From Raillietiella orientalis (Eukaryota): a stretch of DNA of 64,000 bases. The first letter of the stretch is position 1. Every line of letters begins with the position of its first letter. Made by a program: the position numbers and the translations under genes. The notes under the pieces are model-generated. The model ran no database searches. It was not told the DNA's origin and saw only the letters and a program-made list of their open reading frames with translations. The stretch spans positions 1 through 64,000 of the forward strand of contig JAYWIR010000032.1 in NCBI GenBank assembly GCA_036172245.1, given 5' to 3'. This document shows, piece by piece, positions 23,743 through 33,934 of this stretch.

Positions 23743-25646
23743 GGCTGGGAAAGCGAGGCCGTGGTGCTCGCCTCAGCCGGCGAGCGGGCAGTAAGCAGCA
23801 CGACGGGCTGGAGGGCGCGGTCGCCACCGGCCTCAACTGTGCTGCACGTAATCGGGTGCTCCTCTCCGGGTGCAGAACCTGTGGGTTCCGGGGTGAGCAC
23901 TCGCCGTTCCGCGGCGAGTGTGTCACGCCTCAGGGCTTTAGCCCTGCGGGCGCTCGCTCCCGGGCGAGTTACGCGTCGTTCAGCTGCGATATCGGACTCG
24001 CCCACCGCAAAGTCTGATGCTCGCACGATCGACGTGCAGCTTGCTCCGTCCGATTGCACCGGAATGGTCTTCTCGGCGGTCACAGAAGCGGACTTGCACG
24101 CGTTTAGGGCGCTGGCTTTTTCCTTGGAAGAGTCACAAGCCGCGCGTGTTTTCGTATTCCCGCGACTGCTTTTTCCTTTGGAAGAGCTCAGGGACGGAGG
24201 CTGCGGAGCTTTTTTTGGAGATTTTTCTTTCCTCCTCTTCACAACCTTGCATTCGCCTTCGCGATTTTTCGGTGATGCGAAAAATTACAGATTGCGGATT
24301 AACATCTTCCACCTTTGCGTTCTCTGGGGGCGTTGCTTTCGCTACGCCTTTAAAAGGCGGCAACGGAGTCACCTTCTTGACAGTCGGGAGATTGCTCCTC
24401 TCCTGCCGAGTCGGCGATGGGGCGACTGCATGCAGCGTGCTTTTGCTCGTCGCGACGCTGCTTTTTACGGCTTTCGTAGCCTTTGCAGAGGGGCCTGCGC
24501 TGCAGTGGGGCTGTTCGGAACTCGGAAGGGACAACGGAACGGGGCAAGAAGTCTTCGCACTGTTGCGATCTTCCTGTTTTCCTACCTTTCCCTCCAGGGT
24601 GTTACGGAGATTTGCTGGTTCCAGGTTCGGAAAGGTGCCTGCGAGTTCGGCAGAGAGGGAAGGCACGGCACGCGTCAAACCCTCGCGCCCCTTTTTAATT
24701 GGCTTCCCCGCCGTGACTTTCCCCTTTCGGGGCGTTGCGGGCGGGGATGCTTTCTTTTTATCCGCGGATCGCTCGTGGTTTTTTTCGAGTTTTTGCGGAC
24801 GACGTTTTTTATTTGCCGCTGCGGCTTTTCGTGCAGTGGTCTCTTGAACCCGACGAATTTCCGCTGCGGCTCTTTTTCTTGCAAGTACCGGGCACTTCTT
24901 GATTTCGTGCCCGGAATCTTTGCAATAGCGGCATCTTGGAGAGGGGCACTCTTGAATTCATGCCCCTCCTTGCCGTACTGCTCGCACGCGCGAGTCTGGC
25001 CTAAGAAACACAGGTGTATGAGCGTGCCTTTCACCTGCAGCTGCTCAGGCACAACACGCCTGTTCGCGACGGTGATCCGCGCGCAGGTTTGTCCGATGTG
25101 GACAGAAGAGAAATCCTTGAAAGAGTTCGGCCTCCTCCACAAAGCGTGCACGGTGGCGAAATTCGAGAGCACGCTGACAACATCGCGGTCGGAAATTTTC
25201 GGTTCGATTTCGCACAATTGAACGACAAAAGAGTCGTCCATCGCGGTAGGTAGGACTTCCTTGCCATTGATGGTCAACGGCGTACGGAGAAGGCGCTGCA
25301 CAAGTGCTGCGTTCTTGCACCGAATCTTCGTATATTCCCTCCTGCCAGCAGGCATTATGGCAAGGAGTTCCTCCTCGCGAACGCCTATCCGGACGAGCTC
25401 ATCATTGAGCTCACGACCGATTCTCCCGTTAAGTGGCCCACTGACCTTATAACGGAGTGCAGGCATGTATCCTGATGACACATATGCCTGGAACTCCGCA
25501 TCGCAGGGTCCTGGTCTTTGGGAGGTAACGACGGCGTAACTCCTCACCGGGGGCGAGGAAACCATTACGGAGGATGCGGCCACTTCAAGTGCAGCTGAAG
25601 TGCATCCAGTGGCTTGCTCCTCCACACTATCCTGTGTACTGGCCAT
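23739..25646 (-). pseudogene. E2 ORF1, frameshifted near 24960 and disturbed near 24260-24315
   Basis: Pieces 24675-25646, 24133-24678 and 23739-24242 are collinear with E1 ORF1. Confidence 0.85.
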
Positions 25647-25752
25647 GTTGCACTATGCTACTTGGCAGATTGCACAGGAACACACAAGTGCGAGCAAAAA
25701 CGCAGGCACAAAGTTGCCCGATCGTTGGCGCGGAAAGACGCGGAAACACGTC

Positions 25753-27301
25753 TGCACTGTACGAGCGCGGGAGATCGAGCGTATCTGGGGTGGAAGGCTG
25801 CTGTGGCGTTGCGGCACCGTTAAATCTTGCGGTGTCGCGTTCCAGCTTCGTCCAGCTGTCGAGGCTGCGGCAAAAAGCGTAGGGTTCGATAGTGCCAGTC
25901 GCGACGGGCAGTTGACCATCAGGTGGTCCGACTCCACCGATCTGGTCATTACCAACGTGTACGCTTTAAGAGGCAGCGACGCGCTAAGAGCAAAGTTAAG
26001 GAGAAATTTCTTTCTTACCCTGAGGCGCGAATATCTAGACGAAGCGGGAGTGCGCAAAGCGAACCTAATCGCAGGAGACTTTCACCTGCGCCTGCTGTCA
26101 GATTCGTGCGACACACTTCGGGACCGCGTGAACGAGCTGTGCGCAAAGATGCACACGCGCAACTTGTTCGCAAGAGCTACGAAAATGGCCGAAAGCATAG
26201 ATCACGTGTTTCTGGACCAGCACCTATGCTCAGGCGTGGGCAGGCGCGGCAAGATACCGTCGAAACTGTAGGACCATGACCGGATCGTACTCCAGGTGCG
26301 CACACGCGATAGGGGTCCGCGTCATCTTCGTGGCGCTTACCGGGCGACTGACTGAAACTTCCGGAAGCCCCGGAGCATCTCCGCGGTTTCATACGAGGTT
26401 TTAGCTTAAGTCGCTTCAGGACTGGGACCGTTTCAAGCGCTCGGTCCGGAAATTTTTGCGACGTGTTCCCTATGAACCTCCTGCCTGCCGGGTTTTGTGG
26501 GAACGTGCGTAACGAGAGATAGTAATTACAATCTCCATGTTACGCGCGAACACCAGACGTACACAGGCTAACCGAATACTGGGCGGGAGCCGAGAGGCAG
26601 GCGTTGCAATCCGGGTCGGCCAGCTTACTGGACGACCAGAGTTCGGAGCACTCGGCCCCCGCCCAGGTGAAAGGCATCTTAAAAATTTCTACTCCTCCCT
26701 GTACGCGCGCGCTTCACCGAAACGGGATGTCTTGCGAGTCCTTCTTCCGGAGGGCGCTCCGGGGATCGGGGAGGAAGATAGAAAGACCCTCGACGAGCCT
26801 TTAACGATGGGCGAGATCATCTCGGCCATCGGAAAGCACAAGAGGCGAAAGGCTCCAGGAGAGGATGGCCTGCCAGAAGAATTTTTTCAATGTTTCGCGT
26901 AAGAGCTCACTCCTCTGGTGAACAAACTCACCTAGCTGATCCGCGAAACGGGAGACGTCCCCGCCTCGTTTCGTTCGGCAAAACTGCGTCTCCTCCCTAA
27001 GGCAGGAGACCTTCGTAGCATGAGTAAGAGGCGGCTAATTACCGTGATAAACGCGGACACCAAGTTGCTGGCAAAATTGCCGATTAACGGAAATCTTCAT
27101 TAGCCCGGAGCAGACATATGCTGTTCCCGTGCGGAGCATGGATGCCAACATGTTCCTCGCTAGCACCTCTTCGCGCTTCAACAGGAAAGGGTCAGGAAGG
27201 GCAACCGGACTTCCGGAATGTCCGCTGCTAGGAAACGGGATGGTTGGAAGGGAGGGGGAGGGAGCCCTCGCAGACGCAGTCGATTTGCATAAAGCATTCG
27301 A
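25753..27301 (+). mobile_element. Element H, second segment: remainder of APE, linker and RT up to DLHKAFD (pseudogenised); begins with the right TSD copy 25753-25775 and is interrupted by T
   Basis: AREIERIWGGRLLW...NVYA...AGDFH; KAPGEDGLPEEFF; DLHKAFD. It continues the reading broken at 13938. Confidence 0.87.
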
Positions 27302-30300
27302 TTTTCACCCGGATTTCGCCGGGGCGTTTATTGTAAAATAAACTTTTACAAATACGTGCGGTGGCTGGACCATTGCTGCAGCCACGCACGAAAAAACACA
27401 GAGCCTGCCGGGTCACCGGTTCGCAGACAGGTACGGTCCACAACGGAAGCAGGGGGAAGGGGGAAAACCAAAAAACACAACAAAAAAGATAAGAAAAGTT
27501 CGGAGGGTAAGGGAAGGGATCACAGTTGCTGGTGGGGCCGTAGCATCCTTTGCAGAATGCCGGCAAGCTCCTTCTGTATTCCTGTATCCAGGTGGGGCCA
27601 TCGGGACGCCCTCTTCAGGAACTGGGAGGCTGGCTGGATGGCACCCTGGTCGCGTTGTCCTCCCGTAGCCTTGCTCCTAGCGGTGACAATCCCGCGTAGG
27701 CAGCACAAAGCTGCTAACGAGGTCACTAACCGAAGGGCGTCGGCAACGAAGAGGGCTTTCAGTGCGTCCCTGGAGTTGCCGCAGGGGATTCCGATGGCAG
27801 CGGCAAAGCGAAACCAAAGGGGCCGAAAGGCAACACAATCCACTAGCAGGTAAGGGAGGGACTCCCGTTCCCCACACCTGACGCAATTGGGGTCCACCGC
27901 TCCCCAGGTCCACTGGTGTCGGCGGGCGTCGCAGGGTAGTCCCCAGTGCTGCAACCGGAGAGCCAACTCCTGCCATTTTAAGTGGAGGGCGGAAGTGTTC
28001 ATGAGCACCGGGGGCTACTTCGGATGTTCAATGGGAACATCGAGCAGCGCGCCCCAGCGCAGAAGTCCATTGAGAGGCGTACTCGGAGTCGCAGTGTCTG
28101 TTAACTGGCCCGTCTTCCACTCTCCTAACTTCTTCTCCTTTCCGGAGATTGTTACTGTAACCACCCACTTCGCCGCAACATCGCTGTCCAGATCTTCCAT
28201 CAGGAAGGGCAGCGCAGCTCAAGGGGGGTTATTCCTGCCCACGCTCTCTTCTTTGGGTCCTCCAGGATCTCGCGAAGCGTGCAACTTCTGTAACCCCCAA
28301 ACAGGAACATTCGTTCCTGTTGGGAGCGTTGCATGCCGAACTGTCCCCATGTTCGAACGGTTTCCTGCAACCAGGCACTACCATTGAAAAGGCGACAGGT
28401 GAGCAATCCTGGGTTTTTGCGATACAGCGCAGCCACCCTCGGTAGCTGGAGTCCGCATCGGTTGGCGCGGCGACGGAGTGCAAGAAACGACGTCAGCCCG
28501 GTCTTGCCGGTGGGTTGCTGGAGAAGGAGACGTGCAGACACGAACCAACAGGTACACAACAACTCTGGAACGAGTGCCGACAATCGGAACTGGAGCTCCA
28601 GCCGCTCCAGCGTCAGGAGGCTCAGACCACCATCCTGACGAGGAGCGCACAAGTCCTTTAAGCGGACTCGGGCCGAGTCGTTGCCCCAAAGGGCGATACG
28701 GAGGAGGCCTTTTGTCCTCTTTTTAATTCTCTCTGTGGGGGGGCAGACAAAAAGCAGGGGGCGGAAAAGAGGAGCCGCGAACGTGTTTCAAACCGCGGGC
28801 CGTTCAGGCAGGAAAAACCTCACGCCTCGGAACGAGCCGTTCGCCGTCTCTGCTTTTTGGAGGCAGCCGGACCACGCTTCGGCAGGGGAGAAGTCCCACA
28901 ACGGCACACCAAGGTACTTGAAGTACCTCACCTTGGGGATCCACAAACGGACCCAGTCCTGCTGCCCTGCCCACGCCGCACCAACTGGCATCATGGACGA
29001 CTTCGCCCTGTTCACCGTAAACACGGTTCCTCGATTCAGCAGGTCGAAGAACTTCTCGACCGCCCAAGCCGGGGTGGACATAGGAAGCAGTAACAAGAGG
29101 TCGTCCGCATATGCTGAAACCGCAGGCGTTTCGGCGCATTCATGCGGCAGGTGCGCCAGAGTTTCCCTGTACGCTTTCAGTACCAACTCAAAGTAGGTAC
29201 TGAAGAGCAAGGGGCTCAGGCTGTCTCCTTTCCGGATCGAACGTCGCACCGGCACGCCGTGAACAGTATGCCCGCTGAAAGTAACATTGATTCTCGCTTT
29301 GTATTCCGCCATCCTACGGATGTCGGGGGTCCTGGCGTAACGACCGGCCTGCAGATAGGCTCGTTCGTCACGTACTGCGTCCTGAAATCCCGCAGGTAGG
29401 CGGTGCAGAGGGAACTGGTCGAAGAACTTCTGGACCGACCGCTTGAAGCGGTCCCAATCCTGGAGTGTCCGCAGCCTGAAGCTCCGTATGAACGTGCGGA
29501 GATGTTCCGCCGCACATGGGAACTTCAGTCAGTCCCATGGCAAACGCCACACTGACGAGGGGGGGCCCTTATCGCGCGGAAGAATTTCAATAACAATGGG
29601 TCGATGGTCGGACAACCCGCACGGTAACTTGCCGCGCCTGCCCACGCGAGGGCACAGGTGCTCGTAAGGAAACACGTGATCAATGCTGTCTTCCTTCCCC
29701 GGTGCACTGGCCAACAAATTACAGGTGTGCACCGCCATGCACACCTCGTTTACCAGGTCACGCTCGGGATTCTGCCCATCTGGTTTCAGGCGAACGTTTA
29801 AATCGCCTGCAACCAGATGGGCATTCCGGACGCCTGCTTCGGTCAGCCAGTCTCGGCGGAGGGCAAGGAAAAACTTTTTCCTCGCCCTCCTAGTCATCAG
29901 GTCCGCGCCGCTCAGTGCGTACACGTTCGTGACGATCAGATCGATCGAGTCGGACCACCTGAGAGTGAGCTAGCGGAGACGACCGTGATCGTCGAACCGC
30001 ACCCCCCGAGCCGTCGCCTCGACGGCTGGCCGAAGCAGGTAGGCGACACCGCAACTTTTCGCTCTCCCACACCTGTATCATAGCCGCCCTCCGGAAATCC
30101 GTTCGATCTCTTGTGCTTGTTTTGTAGAAATCAAGTGGATCTCCTGCAGCAGCGCAAGGTCGTAGGACACCAGAAGGGCGACCATGTCTCTTCTCCTGCC
30201 GGCATCTGTCATGCCGTTCACGTTCCAAACGGCGATGCGCAGACGACGGCGGGAGGAGGTTACCGGCATTACTGCTGGGAAGATTAAGGTGTGGGGGAGC

Positions 30301-30846
30301 CCTAATCTTGCGATGCAGGCGGGATGTCCATGGGGGTTTGGGCCTTCTCAGGAACCTGAGGCACCTGTTCGGCATCCACTTCCTCGATCCCCTCCGTTTC
30401 CGTGCGTGAGAGACTCTCGGGCGACAAGTCCCTAGAGTTTCCCACGCTCATGGCAACCTCGCTTGCGGAAGCCATCTGTTCCCCTTCGACGGGAAAGACG
30501 AGCTTTCTTGGCTTTGTGGACTTACGTCGAGCCTTCTTGCGCGGTGCCGTGGAAACGGAGGCTGCGCTTCCGGGTTCAACCTCGAGGTCGGAAGTGAACA
30601 ACTCCTGAGGGGAGGCCGGACGCCTTACGGCCTTCTTGCCAGCCTTGGGGGGTTCTGACTGCAACGAGGCTGCCAGCTCCCTTGCGGCTCGCGCGAAGGC
30701 TACGTCATCGATGTTGGTGTCGATGACGGAAGCCGCCGCCGGCTCGCTACCCTCGCGGTTGACAGAGTCAACAGAGGGGAGGTCGTCGGTAGCGACGAGT
30801 TCTTTTTCGCAGCGGTCGGGAATGCGCTCTACGACAGCGGTGCACT
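27302..30846 (-). mobile_element. Element T: ORF1 C-terminus, ORF2 pseudogene with an internal deletion at about 29295, and a complete 3' end; 5' part cut off by W
   Basis: TAATG at 30267-30271; APE 29529-30269; fusion AEYKA|RINVTFSG joins the linker directly to mid-RT; YADD in 28788-29312; terminus CCGGGTGAAAA. Confidence 0.9.
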
Positions 30847-33800
30847 GACGTGTTCTGTGTGGCTCCTCGAGCGTGATTCCTTTCCGTCTTCTTGTGTGTG
30901 GTGTGCCCGAGTGCGTCCACTGGGATGTCCAAGGAGCCCCTGCAGCAAAAGATGGATGTGGAGGCTGCCACTGGCAGTGGAGACTCTACTTCAGATGTCC
31001 GGTCCGCCTCTGATTCTTGTGTCTCGCCACCGGCGAGAAGCTTCGCCGCCGTCTTCAAGGCGGCGGCAGCCAACGGAGCACCGCCCGACGAAGCACAGCT
31101 CCAGGCATATGCAGCCCTTGGCTACAAGCCTGCGCTTTGCTATCCGGTGAGTGGCTCTATCTCCCACTGGGTCGGAGAAAATTTGTGGAACGAGTTTTGC
31201 GCGTCGGGGTCCGACAGGACGACCTCCTGGCCTTCATGCCGGTTAACGCGCTCGTACACTGGAAGGTGCACTGCAAAGAGGCATCCCTAGTCCAGCGCCT
31301 TCTCCTCACCCCGCTAAATATCCGTGGGAAGGAGGTCGTCTCGTCGGCCATGGACTAGTCGTTCGTGGTCCGATTATCCGCCGTCCAGGAGGACACGCCC
31401 GATCGCGTGCTCGTCGCTGCACTAAGTGCATTCGCCACGGTGCACGCGCTGTGGAGAGCAGACAATCCGATCCAAAGGATTGCATCTTTCCACAGCGGAC
31501 TTGCCATGGCGCGTGTCACCTTGGCGGATAGGAGGCAAATGACCCCGCACTTGCAGGTAGGCGATGCGATCGTCCACCTTAAATTTGGCGGTCAGCAACC
31601 GGCTTGCGGCATTTGCGGTGCCGAGGGCCACCGTCCGTGTACGTCCCCTTCACGAAACTGCCGCTATTGTAAACAGCTCGGCCACTCCATCAAAGAGTGC
31701 GCCGACCTGAAGAGAAAGAGGCAGGCGAAAACCCGCCAACAATCTACCCCGACCGCGCCGAAAAGATCCTCCTTTGTGCCAGGGGAGAAATCGGGCGCGA
31801 AGGGCGGGGCATCTTTGAGTGGCGGGCCCGCGAAAAAGGGCGCGGTTGCTTTAGGGAAACCACCATCCCAGACAGCCGGGCAGACGGAAAGGATGCCACG
31901 TCGCCCTGGTGCAAATCGCCCCCTTCGAAGCAGCCTAAGAGTCCGGGCACGCACTCAATCAAGGCTGCTGAACCGTGCGCGTGCGCTTGCGCGTCCAGCG
32001 GAGCACACGGGAAACCGTGCGCGGGTACCCCCTGAGCTGCCTCTGAACGGCAGTCTCCTCCTAAGGCGGTGGAGATCACGTCTTCCACGCCGAAGGCCCG
32101 AGCAGCGAAGGCTGCAATAGCGTCTCGCGTGACGATGGCAATGACCGCCGTTTCGCCCGCATCGGCTAAGGAGCAGGTGCAGTGCGTAACGGGAACGGAG
32201 CCGTCTCCCGCCGTGAGCGCGAAACGTGAGCCGGCATCTCCGGCCAAACAATTGAGGGAGGCGTCGGCATCCCTGGGTGGCGTCCCCGACGCGGGCTGGA
32301 CTCGAGTCTCCAGGACGCCCACAAAGGGGAAGAAGAAGGTTGACCCTTCAATATTCCCCATCCTTAAAGTAGGTGAGAGGCAAAAGAGAAGAACGCCGAA
32401 GAAGGTGCGTACCAAGGTACGCACTACGGCTGCGTGCTCTGTCTCCGTCGCTTCGCGCGAGAGGGCGGCTGCGGAAGCCAAAGCTCTGGAAGCTGCTTTG
32501 GCTACTGCGACGACCCCCAAGCGGGCAGGGAAAGCCTCCACCTGCCGAAACAAAAACAGACTGGCAAAATGCCAGTCTCGCGCCAGGCACTCAGACTCCA
32601 CCTCGGAGTCCGGGTGTAAACAAATGGAGCGCGCTTCCCGGGGTAAGCCGGTAGCGCGCCGGGCTAAACTGAGAAAGCACGAGCCTGTTGCCGGAGGCGG
32701 TTCCGGATCCTGCACGGAGACCGAGGCGATGATCCTCGGCTCCGAAGACTCACCTGGGCGCGATGTGGCGGCGAACGGGAGCGATTCCGCTTCCCAATCC
32801 GCTCTCCTACCAGCTGACTTCTCGCCGTACGGGGCGAGGAGCACGCCGTCATGTCCGCAGCAGTGATGCATGGACTCGCGTTCGCTCGTCGCGTCAGCGT
32901 GGCCTGTTGGAATGTCAACGGGCTACGTGATGCTGACAAAAGGCGGACGGTAGGCAACGCATTGCGCGCGTTCGATCTGGTGCTGCTACAGGAGATACAT
33001 AGCATCTCCGTACAGCAGGCATCGGATCTGGAAGAGCGCTCCGGCGAGACGCTACACGGGCGGCAAGGCTCCGCGCACAAGTGCGGAGTCGCGTTCCTCG
33101 TCCGAGGCAGGGTGGCGGAGCCGGTGCGGAACGTTTGTTTCGACGAGGAAGGTCGTGTGGGCCAACTTGTCCTCAAGTGGACCGAATCGATCGACCTGGT
33201 CGTTACGAACATCTACGCGCCGAGCGGCGACCGGCATGACGCCCAGCGACTTGCATTCCTGGGTGACCTGGCAGGCGCTGGCTCGCTGACTCCGGAACCA
33301 GGCGTTCTCCTAACGTGGCGCACCTCCTTGCAGGAGACTTCAACGTCCACCTGCTAACAGAGGAGAGATGCCGCTTGAGGGAGAAGCAACTGGTGAACGA
33401 GGTATGCGCGTCCGTGCGCGTGCAAAAGTTGCTTGCTGGTGAGCTCGGGATGGAGTGATCGCCGGACCATGCGTTCCTCGATGAAGACCTGCTCTCACGA
33501 GTAGGTCGGAGAAGACGCCTGCTGTCCGCGATTTCGGATCATCCTAGACTGGAGTTCGAGCTCCTCCCCCCTGGAAAAGGGCCTCCGATGAATGTTTGGA
33601 GGTTGCCGGCCGATTGGCTTAGCAATTCGGAGGCGGCGGAGCATCTCCGCCAACACCTCCGGGGCTTCGCCATCTGTGAAATCGAGGACTGGGACGATCT
33701 GAAAAGATCGGTCCGCGAGTTCTGCTGCCGGTTCCCCTTGCACCTGCTTCCCCGCGGCTTCGGGGAGGGTGTCGCGAACAGAAGATCCTATCTGCAGGCG

Positions 33801-33934
33801 CGTACCTTTTCAAGATGCCCGGACGTCCGGCGTCTGGCGGAGTATAAGGCCAAAGCCGAGCGCCAGCTTTGGCAGTCTGGAGCGGCTTGTCTGCTCGATG
33901 ATGCTGCCCAGGAATACTCGGCTGCAGCCGAAGT
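30847..33934 (+). mobile_element. Element W: 5' part (5' UTR, broken ORF1 30925-32866, APE and linker), same subfamily as Q; interrupted by Z
   Basis: 5' GACGTGTTC at 30847; knuckle CRYCKQLGHSIKEC; TGATG at 32864-32868; WNVNG...NIYAP; ends at EYSAAAEV. Confidence 0.9.

Larger units (their letters stand above)
19810..25752 (-). mobile_element. Element E2: full-length (~5.9 kb) Tx1-like retrotransposon with both termini and a 23-bp TSD
   Basis: 5' GACGTGTTTCC at 25752, 3' AATAAACGCCCCGGCGTGACCGGGTGAGAA at 19810, flanking direct repeats, ORF1 and ORF2. Confidence 0.96.

Noticed and set aside
17711..25221. Long plus-strand ORFs (17711-18880, 18088-19155, 23674-25221) and similar ones at 31744-32871, 37132-38643 and 45822-46748
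   Set aside because: They are antisense shadows of GC-rich ORF1/ORF2, have no recognisable motifs, and are not conserved as ORFs between copies.
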